A DNA stretch of 64,000 bases from Alphaproteobacteria bacterium (GCA_016869215.1 VGEP01000011.1:68629-132628); one strand, 5' to 3'. Shown: positions 47,760-57,638, counted from the first letter of the stretch. The notes: generated by a model not told the origin, from the sequence alone. Numbers and translations are program-made.

Positions 47760-48242
47760 ATGCCTGCCACGATCCGGCTGCAACGCGAGAACTTCGACCC
47801 CGGAGCGGAGGCCGCCGCGCTGTCGCGCGGCCGCACCGACGTCGGCGCAGTCGTTACCTTCACCGGCATCTGCCGCGGCGCCGAGGACGGCGCGCCGATC
47901 GCCGCGCTGACGCTGGAGCACTATCCCGGCATGGCCGAGGCCGAGATCGTGCGGCACGTCGAGGAGGCCGGGAAGCGCTGGCCGCTGCTTGGCGTCACCG
48001 TCATCCACCGCTATGGGCGGATCGAGCCGGGCGAGAACATCGTGCTGGTCGTTACCGCGTCCTCGCACCGCGACGCGGCCTTTGCCGCCGCCGAGTTCCT
48101 GATGGACTACCTCAAGACCCGTGCGCCGTTCTGGAAGCAGGTCGAGAGCGCATCCGGCCGCACCTGGGTCGAGGCCAAGGCAGCCGACGACGTGGCGGCT
48201 GACCGCTGGGCCAAGCCGCCGGGCCGTGAGGCGGCTGAATAA
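47760..48242 (+). CDS. moaE: Molybdopterin synthase catalytic subunit
   Basis: GAVVTFTG, LEHYPGMA, VIHRYG, HR..AF, MDYLKTRAPFWK. Confidence 0.97.
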   Translation: MPATIRLQRENFDPGAEAAALSRGRTDVGAVVTFTGICRGAEDGAPIAALTLEHYPGMAEAEIVRHVEEAGKRWPLLGVTVIHRYGRIEPGENIVLVVTASSHRDAAFAAAEFLMDYLKTRAPFWKQVESASGRTWVEAKAADDVAADRWAKPPGREAAE

Positions 48243-48315
48243 TCCCGCGATCTGCGCGTTAAGGCTGCGGAGGCGCGCCCGGCTGTCCGGCCCGGACCTG
48301 TGGTAAATTGCATTC

Positions 48316-49095
48316 ATGCCGCACGCCACCACCCGCCGCCACGCCCTGCGCCTCCTGGCGGCCATTCCGCTGATCGCCGCCGGCGGGCCGGCGCTGGCGC
48401 GCAAGGACGCACTGATCGGGCGCTTGATTGACGAGGCGCGGGCGCTGCCGCGCGTCTCGCAGCGGATCGATTTCATCTCCGGCAAGCTGATCGGCATCCG
48501 CTATCAGGCGCACACTTTGATTGGCGGTCCTAAACATCCCGAGCGTTTCGTGGTCCGCGACGATGCCTTCGATTGCGTCACCTTCTGCGAGGTCGTGCTG
48601 TCGGCGGCGCTCGCGCGCGATCTCGCCGAGTTCGAGGCAGCGCTGTTGCGCATCCGCTACGAGCACGGCCGGGTGAAATGGGACGAGCGCAACCACTATT
48701 TCGCCGAGTGGAGCCGGCGCATCGTCGAGCAGAACATCTGCCGGCCGGTCGCGATGGAGCCTTCCATCGTGATCGACAAGACGGTGAACTGGAGCAACCA
48801 GGGCAGGCGCCGGATCAAGATGGTCGCGATTCCGCGCGATACATTCTGGTCCAACAAGCATCTGCTGACGCCCGGCGACGTGATCGGTTTCGTTTCCCTG
48901 CGCAAGAACCTGGATTTCTATCACACCGGGTTGGTGACGATTGGCAAGAACGACTCGGTGATCCTGCGCCACGCCTCGCAGAGCCGGCGCCGCGTGCTGG
49001 ACGAACCGATGGATGCGTTCTTTGCCAACAACGGCGTGCGGCTCGTTACTCTCCTGCGCGCTGTCGACGGCGCGCCGGTCGCCGCCCGGCCCTGA
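48316..49095 (+). CDS. DUF1460 / AmiA-like NlpC/P60-superfamily N-acetylmuramoyl-L-alanine amidase, Tat-like signal
   Basis: TRRHALR signal; FDCVTFCE (catalytic Cys), RNHYF, HTG, LRHAS. Confidence 0.82.
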   Translation: MPHATTRRHALRLLAAIPLIAAGGPALARKDALIGRLIDEARALPRVSQRIDFISGKLIGIRYQAHTLIGGPKHPERFVVRDDAFDCVTFCEVVLSAALARDLAEFEAALLRIRYEHGRVKWDERNHYFAEWSRRIVEQNICRPVAMEPSIVIDKTVNWSNQGRRRIKMVAIPRDTFWSNKHLLTPGDVIGFVSLRKNLDFYHTGLVTIGKNDSVILRHASQSRRRVLDEPMDAFFANNGVRLVTLLRAVDGAPVAARP

Positions 49096-49101
49096 CCATC
49101 C

Positions 49102-50034
49102 GTGGCGCGCAAGTCCCGCACGTTGCGACGCAAGCCCGCGCGGCCGCGCCGGGACACGGTGGCCGATATGATCCGGATGGCTGTGCGGCGCTTCAAGGCG
49201 GCGAAGCTTGCGTTCGCCCACGGCACGACCGATCCGGTGGCGGAAGCCGCGTTCATCGTCGGCGAGGTCATGCGCCTGCCGATCGAGCGTGTCGCATCCA
49301 GCGAAGGACGAATCGTTCCGGCTGCGGCGCGCAAGCGCATTCTCGACCTGATCGAGCGGCGTGTCGGAACGCGCAAGCCTGCGGCCTATCTGCTGCGCCG
49401 CATGTACATGCGTGGTGTGCCGTTCTACGTCGACGAGCGCGTCATCGTGCCGCGGAGCTACATCGGCGAGATCCTCGACAGCGAGGAATTCGCGGGCGCG
49501 CCGTTTTCGCTCGTGCCCGAGCCCGGCAAGGTGCGGCGCATCCTCGACCTGTGCACCGGGTCTGGCTGCCTCGCGATCCTCGCAGCACGGCGCTTTCCGA
49601 AGGCGCAGGTGGACGCGGTCGACATTTCAAGCGATGCGTTGCAGGTCGCGCGGCGCAACGTGTCGATGCACCGCCTCGGACGGCGCGTGCGGCTCTTCCA
49701 GGGCGACCTGTTCGCCCCGGTGGAGCGCGAGCGTTACGATCTCATCGTTTCCAATCCGCCCTATGTCGACGCCAGGGGCATGGCGTGTCTGCCGCCCGAA
49801 TGCCGGCACGAGCCGCGATTGGCATTCGACGGCGGCCCCGACGGGCTCGACCTTGTCCGCCGTATCGTCGCCGAGGCCGGCCGCCATTTGACGGCGGATG
49901 GCGGCCTGTTGTGCGAGATCGGGCGCGGCCGCAAGTCGCTGCAACGCGCCTATCCCGGCTTGCGGTTTCTTTGGCTCGACACCGAGGAAAGCACCGGCGA
50001 GGTGTTCTGGCTCGACGCGCGGCAGCTGCGCTGA
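49102..50034 (+). CDS. prmB: 50S ribosomal protein L3 N5-glutamine methyltransferase
   Basis: AHGT, FYVDERVIVPRSYIGE, LDLCTGSGCLA, VSNPPY, HEP..A..GG.DGLD. Confidence 0.93.
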   Translation: MARKSRTLRRKPARPRRDTVADMIRMAVRRFKAAKLAFAHGTTDPVAEAAFIVGEVMRLPIERVASSEGRIVPAAARKRILDLIERRVGTRKPAAYLLRRMYMRGVPFYVDERVIVPRSYIGEILDSEEFAGAPFSLVPEPGKVRRILDLCTGSGCLAILAARRFPKAQVDAVDISSDALQVARRNVSMHRLGRRVRLFQGDLFAPVERERYDLIVSNPPYVDARGMACLPPECRHEPRLAFDGGPDGLDLVRRIVAEAGRHLTADGGLLCEIGRGRKSLQRAYPGLRFLWLDTEESTGEVFWLDARQLR

Positions 50035-50138
50035 TCCGCCGTCGTCTATCGAAAGCGGCGAAAGTGGACTACTTTGCAATCTACTGATTCGGGGCTGCCA
50101 TGTGAGCGCGTTCGGCCTCCTATGGTCTCGGCAAGGAC

Positions 50139-51488
50139 ATGGGCCCCCAGCATAAGCTCAAGCCGCAAACCGACGCCGCACGCTGGTCCAATCCGGCCTC
50201 GCTCGAAACGGCTTGGGACGCACGCGCCGAGTTTGCCGCGCAGTTCGTTCCGGCGGGCTCCCGGGTGCTCGACCTCGGTTGCGGGCGAATGGCGTTGCAG
50301 CGGTTCCTGCCGTTGGGATGTGACTACCAGCCCTGCGATCTCGTCCGGCGCGACGACCGTACGATCGAATGCGATTTCAACGCGGGCGAGTTTCCGGCCG
50401 ATGCGGCGGCCGATGCCGACTTGATCGTGTTGCTCGGCGTCCTCGAATACATCTCCGACCTGGATCGTTTCTTCGCCCAGATTCAACGCAGCGGGCGGCC
50501 TGTGATTCTGAGCTACTGCCCGACCGATCTCAGCGGCGACCGCGACCGCACGGCGCTCGGGTGGATCAATCACTTGAGCCTGTACGATCTCGCCATACTT
50601 TTCGATCGCTTCGGCTTTGTCATCGAATGCTCCGCGCCGGTCGACGAGCTTCAAATCGTGATGAAGCTCCAGCCGCCCGACAGGCAGATGGCGGCGCCTC
50701 CGTGCACGGTTGCAGTGATCTCCTTCAACGACGCCGGAAACTTCGGCGATCGCCTCGGCTATCACATGATCAACGCAGCGCTGCCGAGTCAGGCCGTCGT
50801 GCATCACCTGACATTCACCACCCTCGAAAGGGCACGCGACAAGTACGATCTTGTGGTGCTCGGAATCGGGAACAGCGTGTTTCAGCCGCTCCTGAACGAC
50901 AAGGTGTTCGAGGTTGTCGGTCGCGGCAAGGCGGCCGTCGGAATTTTCGGCACGCAATATCGCGAGCTGATCTCGCGCCCGTCGCTGGACCGGCTGATCG
51001 ACAGGATGGACACGTGGTTCGCGCGCTATGAGGACGACCTGCTGTTATACGGCCGCGGGCGAAGCAACGCGGTGCATCTGGGCGACTGGCTCATCGACCA
51101 GTTTCCGATGACGGAAGCAACCGATGAAAAGCCGCTGCTGATCGGAGACGAAATCTGGGATGACCTGCCGCTCGACCGCACGATTCAAAGAATCCAGCGG
51201 CACAAGAACGTCTTCTCGCCGCGCTTGCACCCGCTGCTGTGCGCGCTGACGTCCGCCGAACTGGTCGCCTATTCCGAGCAGCCGCACGAACGCTCGCCGG
51301 ACGTCATGTCCGGCAAGTTCCGGAGCATGCTCCTCGACGTCTTCGGGCGGACCTATCCGGAGAAGAAGTTCTTCGCCGTCGATCGCAATGCCGTGGCGCG
51401 TTACAAGTCGCGGGTTCACCGGAACGTGGCCAGGCTCGGCGAGGACATATCGAAGATCCTGCGCAACGTGGCCGTGGCGCCGGCCTGA
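50139..51488 (+). CDS. Fusion: class I SAM methyltransferase + polysaccharide pyruvyltransferase-like GT-B domain
   Basis: VLDLGCG, CDFN, LGVLEY in the N-half; GNFGD, LGIGNS, RLHPLL, KF in the C-half. Confidence 0.7.
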   Translation: MGPQHKLKPQTDAARWSNPASLETAWDARAEFAAQFVPAGSRVLDLGCGRMALQRFLPLGCDYQPCDLVRRDDRTIECDFNAGEFPADAAADADLIVLLGVLEYISDLDRFFAQIQRSGRPVILSYCPTDLSGDRDRTALGWINHLSLYDLAILFDRFGFVIECSAPVDELQIVMKLQPPDRQMAAPPCTVAVISFNDAGNFGDRLGYHMINAALPSQAVVHHLTFTTLERARDKYDLVVLGIGNSVFQPLLNDKVFEVVGRGKAAVGIFGTQYRELISRPSLDRLIDRMDTWFARYEDDLLLYGRGRSNAVHLGDWLIDQFPMTEATDEKPLLIGDEIWDDLPLDRTIQRIQRHKNVFSPRLHPLLCALTSAELVAYSEQPHERSPDVMSGKFRSMLLDVFGRTYPEKKFFAVDRNAVARYKSRVHRNVARLGEDISKILRNVAVAPA

Positions 51489-51511
51489 AGCGCCGACGGC
51501 CGTTGGAAGCG

Positions 51512-53224
51512 ATGAGCCGCCCCGGACTTTCACAGGCGAACGCGAAGGCGCTGGAACGCCAGCTCCACAAGGCCGTGCAATTGCACCAGCAGGGCCGGAT
51601 CGAGCAGGCGGACGCGATCTATGGGTCGATCCTTCAGGTCTGCCCAACGCATTTCGATGCGCTTCATCTTCGCGGCGTGGCGCGGCAGCAGCTCAAGAAG
51701 TCGCGCGATGCGCTGGACCTGATCGGCAGGGCGCTAAAGCTGCAGACCACGGCGCCCGCCCTGTCGAATTACGGCAACGTCCTCGAAAGTCTCAATCGGC
51801 TGCACGACGCTTTGGCGTGCTTTGAGAAGGCGATTTCGATATCGCCCTCCTTTGCCGCCGCGCACGCCAGCAGAAGCCGCGTCCTGCATGGCCTGCAGCG
51901 CTACGACGATGCCCTGGCCGGCGCCGAAGCGGCCCTTGCGATTCATCCCGACAACGTCGATGGGCTGTTGAACCAGGCCAACGCTTTGCTCGCGTTGAAG
52001 AGGCCGGCAGAGGCCCTGGCCAGTTCGGAAAAGCTGTTGGCGCTGGCGCCGGGAAATATCCAGGCGCTGAACAATCGCGGCTGCGCCTTGATGGATCTCG
52101 GACGTCACGAGGAGGCTGCCGACAGTCTTGAGCGCGTCGTCGCCTCCGACCGCGGGTCGATTGTTGCGATGAACAATCTGGCCAATCTTTATCAGCAGTC
52201 CGGACAAACGGCGCAGGCGCTCGCCCTGTATGAGCAGGCGTGCAAGCTCGATCCCGACCATCCCAATCTGAATTTCAACGCGGCGATTGCCAGCCTGACC
52301 CTGGGAGACTTCCAGGCGGGTTGGAAGCGGTACGAGTGGAGATGGAAAAATCGGCTGTTCCGCTCCCGCAAGCGCGACTTCGCACAGCCCGTGTGGCTGG
52401 GAAATTTTTCGCTGCAGGGAAAGACGATTTTGCTGCATGCCGAGCAGGGCCTGGGAGATACGCTGCAGTTCGTTCGCTATGTGCCGCTGGTGGCCGAGCT
52501 TGGCGCCTCGGTGGTGCTTGAGGTTCAAGCGTCACTGAAGCCGTTGCTGGGGGACCTGCCGGGCACTTCGGTCGTTTTGAGCGATGCTGAGGCTCTTCCG
52601 CCGTTCGATTGCCATTGTCCGCTGATGAGCTTGCCACTGGCGTTTGGCACGCGGCTGGAGACGATTCCGAACCGCATCCCGTACCTCGCTCCGCCCGGCG
52701 ATCGGATCGCCGGATGGGCCGGCCTCCTGGGCGGCAATCGCCCCCGGGTCGGAATTGCGTGGTCGGGAAGCGAGAACCACCGGCACGACCGGCTGCGCTC
52801 GATCGAATTCGCGCTACTTGGCGATCTGGTGAACGAGCCGGGTGTCGATTTCTTCAGTCTCCAACGGGACGTTCGCAACAGCGACGCGGTTGCGCTGGCA
52901 GCCTCCGGCGTCGTTCATCTCGGAGACCGTTTCGACGATTTTGCAGATACGGCGGCGGCGGTCTCCCTGCTCGATCTTGTCATTACCGTCGACACCGCAA
53001 TTGCGCACTTGGCCGGTGCGATGGGACAGCCGACGTGGATTCTTTTGCCGTTCTGGCCCGACTTCCGCTGGCTGCAGGAGCGGGAGGACAGCCCGTGGTA
53101 TCCGGCCGTCAGGCTGTTCCGGCAGGGCAAAGTGGGAGACTGGCGAACGCCCATCGGCCGGATCGGAACGGAGCTGCGCCGCTGGGCCGAAGCGCGCGCG
53201 GCCACGGGATCCACGACGGCCTGA
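51512..53224 (+). CDS. TPR-repeat protein with C-terminal GT9-like glycosyltransferase domain
   Basis: Multiple TPRs (ALSNYG, ALNNRG, AMNNLA); EQGLGDTLQFVRY, PLMSLP, DLVITVDTAIAHLAGAMG, DFRW...SPWYP..RLFRQ. Confidence 0.88.
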   Translation: MSRPGLSQANAKALERQLHKAVQLHQQGRIEQADAIYGSILQVCPTHFDALHLRGVARQQLKKSRDALDLIGRALKLQTTAPALSNYGNVLESLNRLHDALACFEKAISISPSFAAAHASRSRVLHGLQRYDDALAGAEAALAIHPDNVDGLLNQANALLALKRPAEALASSEKLLALAPGNIQALNNRGCALMDLGRHEEAADSLERVVASDRGSIVAMNNLANLYQQSGQTAQALALYEQACKLDPDHPNLNFNAAIASLTLGDFQAGWKRYEWRWKNRLFRSRKRDFAQPVWLGNFSLQGKTILLHAEQGLGDTLQFVRYVPLVAELGASVVLEVQASLKPLLGDLPGTSVVLSDAEALPPFDCHCPLMSLPLAFGTRLETIPNRIPYLAPPGDRIAGWAGLLGGNRPRVGIAWSGSENHRHDRLRSIEFALLGDLVNEPGVDFFSLQRDVRNSDAVALAASGVVHLGDRFDDFADTAAAVSLLDLVITVDTAIAHLAGAMGQPTWILLPFWPDFRWLQEREDSPWYPAVRLFRQGKVGDWRTPIGRIGTELRRWAEARAATGSTTA

Positions 53225-53305
53225 TTCGCCGGCGGTACCGCCAATTCTCAGTACACGTCTGGAGTAGCGCCGCGTGCGGCAGCCGCAACTCAAACCGGCA
53301 GCGCG

Positions 53306-54196
53306 CTACGCTGCAGCCGCCTTGCCCTTGGGCTGCACCTCGGCGGTGTAGTCGTCCATCAGTTGCTTGGTGATGGCGGCCGGGGCGAACTTCCACTGCG
53401 CGATTTCGGCGACTGCCGTCACCTCGGCCGCAGTGCCGGTGATGAAGCACTCCGAGAACGACGACAGCTCGTCGGGCATGATCCGGCGCTCAATCACCTC
53501 GATGCCGCGCTTCTTGGCCAGCATGATCGCGGTCGCGCGCGTGATGCCGGCGAGGAAGCAGTCGGCGATCGGCGTGTAGATCTTGCCGTCCTTGATGAAG
53601 AAGATGTTTGCGCCGGTGCATTCGGCGACGCGGCCCTCCCAATCCAGCATCATCGCGTCGGCGTAGCCTTTGCGCTCGGCGTGATGTTTGGAGATGGTGC
53701 AGATCATGTAGAGGCCGGCGGCCTTGGCCATGCACGGAGCGGTCTTGGGATCGGGCCGGCGGTAATCGGCGAGGTCGAGCCGAATGCCTTTCAGCCGCTG
53801 GGCTGGATCGAAGTAGCTCGGCCATTCCCAGTTGGCGATGGCGAGGTGAATCTTGTTGTTCATGGCGGTGACGCCGAGCTGCTCGGAGCCGCGCCAGGCG
53901 ACGGCGCGCACATAGCAGTTCGCCATGCCGTTTTTCTCGACGATCAGGCGCTTGGCGGCGTCGATCTCGGCCACGGAATAGGGGATGTCGAAGTCCAGGA
54001 TACGGCCGGAGTTCTTCAGCCGCTCGGAGTGCTCGGTGCACTTGAAGATCTGGCCGCTGTAGGCGCGCTCGCCCTCGAACACGCAACTGGCATAGTGCAG
54101 GCCATGGGTCAGGACGCTGATCTTGCTGTCGGAGGTGGGCACAAGATTGCCGTCGAACCAGATCAGGTCGGGGCGCTGGTCGAATGGCACCGTCAT
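53306..54196 (-). CDS. ilvE: Branched-chain amino acid aminotransferase (class IV PLP)
   Basis: HGLHYASCVFEGERAY, AKAAGLY (PLP Lys), ECTGANIF, LAGITR, TGTAAEV. Confidence 0.95.
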   Translation of the reverse strand: MTVPFDQRPDLIWFDGNLVPTSDSKISVLTHGLHYASCVFEGERAYSGQIFKCTEHSERLKNSGRILDFDIPYSVAEIDAAKRLIVEKNGMANCYVRAVAWRGSEQLGVTAMNNKIHLAIANWEWPSYFDPAQRLKGIRLDLADYRRPDPKTAPCMAKAAGLYMICTISKHHAERKGYADAMMLDWEGRVAECTGANIFFIKDGKIYTPIADCFLAGITRATAIMLAKKRGIEVIERRIMPDELSSFSECFITGTAAEVTAVAEIAQWKFAPAAITKQLMDDYTAEVQPKGKAAAA

Positions 54197-54398
54197 GGCA
54201 TTCCCTCCTCGGGTGAGGCTTACAAGCCTCAATTCTTACGGCCAAACGCTGCTTTTGCGTCGTGGCCGAAGTCCCGATATGTTGCGTCCGACCATCAGAG
54301 CGCGCATCCGGGACGGGTTCAATCTTGACCGGCCATTACAGAGCAGCCGGTACGATCCTTTCGCGTAGGTGCAGCTTTGGGTAACAATAAATCCGAAA

Positions 54399-54419
54399 TA
54401 TGTCAACATGGCTGACATA
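54399..54419. promoter_or_regulatory. Inverted repeat over the MarR start codon (candidate auto-operator)
   Basis: TATGTCA-N7-TGACATA, perfect 7-bp arms, enclosing ATG 54408. Confidence 0.6.
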
Positions 54420-54956
54420 AATATTTCCAGCCTTGCGGACCGGACGGCGGCGTCGCATGCGGACCCGCGGACCGATTCGGCCGAGCCGATGTGGGATATC
54501 ATCGAACTCCTGTTCTTTGCCTATCGGGATTTCGTGAGCGATCCGGACGACGTGCTGGCCAAGTTCGGTTTCGGCCGCGCCCACCATCGGGTGCTGCACT
54601 TCGTCAACCGCCATCCGGGCATGATGGTCGCGGATCTGCTGGATGTCCTGAAGATCACCAAACAGTCGCTCGGCCGCGTTCTCAAGCAGCTGATCGACCA
54701 GGGCTATGTCGAGCAGAAGGAAGGCGAGAACGACCGGCGGCAGCGCCTGCTTTTCGTGACGCCGAAGGGCGAGCAATTGGCGATGAAGCTTGCGGGTCTG
54801 CAGACCGAACGAATCGCGCGCGCCTTCGCCGATCTCGGACCGCAGGCGCACGATGCCGCGCGCCGCTTCCTGGTCGCGATGATCGACGCCGAGGGCCGCG
54901 ACGGCGTGCAGAAGTTCATCGCCCGCGCCGACCGCGCGCGGCGGCCCCGGACCTGA
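54408..54956 (+). CDS. MarR-family regulator (PetP-like)
   Basis: ELLFFAYRDF, GRAHHRVLHFV, LKITKQSLGRVLKQL, DRRQRLL..T.KG. Confidence 0.92.
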   Translation: MADINISSLADRTAASHADPRTDSAEPMWDIIELLFFAYRDFVSDPDDVLAKFGFGRAHHRVLHFVNRHPGMMVADLLDVLKITKQSLGRVLKQLIDQGYVEQKEGENDRRQRLLFVTPKGEQLAMKLAGLQTERIARAFADLGPQAHDAARRFLVAMIDAEGRDGVQKFIARADRARRPRT

Positions 54957-54972
54957 CGCTCGCGGGGATCCC

Positions 54973-55686
54973 ATGACCCCGGCCGCCTTGCCCATTGCAC
55001 CCGCCGACGATGCTCCGCATCTGCTGCTGGTCGACGACGACCGGCGCATCCGCGATCTGCTGTCGCGCTATCTCAGCAGCGAAGGCTATCGCATCACCAC
55101 GGCGGAGACTGCGGCGGTGGCGCGCGCCAAGCTTGCCAGCCTCAGCTTCGACCTCCTGATTCTCGACGTCATGATGCCGGGCGAGACCGGGTTCGAATTC
55201 GCCCGCTCGATCCGCCAGACCTCTACGGTCCCGATCCTGATGCTGACCGCGCGCGACGCCGCCGAAAGCCGGATCGTCGGGCTCGAAATCGGCGCGGATG
55301 ACTATGTCGCAAAGCCGTTCGAGCCGCGCGAGTTGTCGCTGCGGATCGCCAGCATTCTCCGGCGTGCCAAGCCGGCCGCCGCGCCGCTGCCCGAAACGCT
55401 TCGCTTCGGCGAATTCGTGTTTCACGTCGGCCGGGCGGAGCTGCGGCGCGGCGACGAGGTGGTGCGTTTGACCGACCGCGAGCGCGAGATGCTCGGCGTG
55501 CTGGCGTCGCAGCCGGGCGAGACCGTGCCGCGCGCAGCGCTTGCCGGCAACGGCGGCACAGTCAACGAGCGCGCCGTCGATGTGCAGATCAACCGGCTCC
55601 GCCGGAAAATCGAACGCGACCCGACCAATCCCTTGATCGTGCAAACTGTGCGCGGCATCGGCTACCGGCTCGTGGTGTCGCCATGA
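54973..55686 (+). CDS. OmpR-family response regulator (PetR-like)
   Basis: LLVDDD, LDVMMPG, GADDYVAKPF, RAVDVQINRLRRKIE, TVRGIGY. Confidence 0.95.
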   Translation: MTPAALPIAPADDAPHLLLVDDDRRIRDLLSRYLSSEGYRITTAETAAVARAKLASLSFDLLILDVMMPGETGFEFARSIRQTSTVPILMLTARDAAESRIVGLEIGADDYVAKPFEPRELSLRIASILRRAKPAAAPLPETLRFGEFVFHVGRAELRRGDEVVRLTDREREMLGVLASQPGETVPRAALAGNGGTVNERAVDVQINRLRRKIERDPTNPLIVQTVRGIGYRLVVSP

Positions 55687-57071
55687 CCAGCCTGGATGTC
55701 GGCATCGCCCGGCTTCGTTCGGCGGCGGTCCGCGTGACCGGCGGCGTGAACCGCTTCAGCCTGTGGTTCAAGTCGATCATGCCCAAGGGCCTCTATGCCC
55801 GTGCGCTGCTGATCATCATAGCGCCGATGGTGATCCTGCAGTCGGTGGTCGGCTTCGTGTTCCTGGAACGGCACTGGAACACCGTGACCAAGCACCTGTC
55901 GGCCGCGGTGGTGCAGGACATCGCGGCATTGGTCGAAATCCAGCGCGTCTACGCGCAGGAGCCGGATCAGGCGCGGCTGAAAAAAATCGCGCTCGACCGG
56001 CTCGGGCTGACGGTGGATTTCCTGCCGCTCTCCGACATGCCGCCGCCCGGCCCGAAGCCGTTCTTCTCGTTGCTGGATCAGGCGCTGTCGGTGGAACTGC
56101 GCCGCCAGATTGCCCGGCCGTTCTGGATCGACACTGTCGGCCGCTCGAATCTCGTCGAAATCCGCATTCGGCTCGACAACGCGGTGATGCGCGTGTTCGC
56201 CCGGCGCAGCGCCGCCTATGCGTCGAATTCCGAGATTTTCCTGCTCTGGATGGTCGGAACGTCGCTGGTCCTGCTCGCGGTGGCGATCGCTTTCCTGCGC
56301 AACCAGATCAGGCCGATCCTGCGACTCGCGGACGCCGCCGAAAGCTTCGGCAAGGGCCGCGAGGCGCCGAACTTCAGGCCGCGCGGCGCACGCGAGGTGC
56401 GGCGTGCGGCGCAGGCCTTCATCGAGATGAAGCAGCGCATCGAACGCACCATCGAGCAGCGCACGGCCATGCTCGCGGGCGTTTCGCACGACCTGCGCAC
56501 GATCCTGACGCGGTTCAAGCTGGAGCTGGCGCTGCTCGGCGACAGCCCCGAAGTCGAGGCCATGAAGAAGGACGTCGACGAGATGGGCCGCATGCTCGAG
56601 GCCTATCTCGCCTTTGCGCGCGGCGACGCCGGCGAGCAGTCGGCGCCGACCGATATGGCCGCGTTCCTCGAAGAGCTGCGGGCCGACGCCGAACGCAACG
56701 GCCATAAGACCACGGTGACGTTCCACGGTTATCCGATCGTCATCGTGCGGCCGGCCGCGTTCAGGCGTTGCCTCGCCAACCTGGTTTCGAACGCCGCGCG
56801 CTTTGCCTCCTCAATCTCGATCACCGGCCATCGCGACCATCGCTATCTGACGATCACCGTCGACGATGACGGTCCCGGCATTCCGCTTTCGATGCGCGAA
56901 GAGGTGTTCAAGCCGTTTCTCAGGCTCGACGATGCGCGCAACCAGGACGAGGGCGGCACTGGCCTGGGCCTTGCCATCGCCCGCGATATCGCGCGCTCGC
57001 ACGGCGGCGACATCACGCTCGGCGACAGCCCGCTCGGCGGATTGCGCGCGAGCGTCCGCGTGCCGGTGTAG
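55683..57071 (+). CDS. EnvZ-like sensor histidine kinase (HAMP, HisKA, HATPase)
   Basis: GVSHDLRT H-box, NLVSNA N-box, DDDGPGI, GTGLGLAI. Confidence 0.95.
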   Translation: MTSLDVGIARLRSAAVRVTGGVNRFSLWFKSIMPKGLYARALLIIIAPMVILQSVVGFVFLERHWNTVTKHLSAAVVQDIAALVEIQRVYAQEPDQARLKKIALDRLGLTVDFLPLSDMPPPGPKPFFSLLDQALSVELRRQIARPFWIDTVGRSNLVEIRIRLDNAVMRVFARRSAAYASNSEIFLLWMVGTSLVLLAVAIAFLRNQIRPILRLADAAESFGKGREAPNFRPRGAREVRRAAQAFIEMKQRIERTIEQRTAMLAGVSHDLRTILTRFKLELALLGDSPEVEAMKKDVDEMGRMLEAYLAFARGDAGEQSAPTDMAAFLEELRADAERNGHKTTVTFHGYPIVIVRPAAFRRCLANLVSNAARFASSISITGHRDHRYLTITVDDDGPGIPLSMREEVFKPFLRLDDARNQDEGGTGLGLAIARDIARSHGGDITLGDSPLGGLRASVRVPV

Positions 57072-57104
57072 TCTGCCGTCCGGACTGCGCCCGATTCGGG
57101 CACT

Positions 57105-57638
57105 ATGGAGTTCCGCATGCCCAAGCCGATTCTCAACATCGCCGACGTCGAGTTCAGCCAGTTCGGGCACGGCGTGAACCATCCGGGCGCGAGCGACGCG
57201 CCGGAGAAGTTCTCCGCCCGACTCGGCGACATCGGGCGGCGGCTCGGCGCGCAGAAGCTCGGCTACAACGTGACTGTGGTGCCGCCGGGCAAGCGCGCCT
57301 GGCCGTTCCACAACCACCGCATCAACGAGGAAATGTTCCTGGTGCTGGACGGCGAGGGCGAGGTCCGGATCGGCGCCGAGACGTTTCCGATCAAAAAGGG
57401 CGACGTGATCGCCAACCCGCCCGGCGGACCGGAAACCGCGCACCAGATCGTCAACACGTCGAGCGCGGACCTGACCTATCTCGCGGTGTCGACCCGCATC
57501 TCGCCGGAGATCGTCGACTATCCGGACTCCGGCAAGTTCGGCGTGCTGGCGGAACTCGCGGGCCCCGAGGGCAAGCCGCAGATCTGGCGTTTCGTCAATC
57601 GCGGCGAGGCGAGCCTCAACTACTGGGACGGCGAATAG
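57105..57638 (+). CDS. Cupin domain protein
   Basis: PFHNHRINEEMFLVLDGEG and AHQIVN cupin motifs; alternative start 57117. Confidence 0.9.
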   Translation: MEFRMPKPILNIADVEFSQFGHGVNHPGASDAPEKFSARLGDIGRRLGAQKLGYNVTVVPPGKRAWPFHNHRINEEMFLVLDGEGEVRIGAETFPIKKGDVIANPPGGPETAHQIVNTSSADLTYLAVSTRISPEIVDYPDSGKFGVLAELAGPEGKPQIWRFVNRGEASLNYWDGE

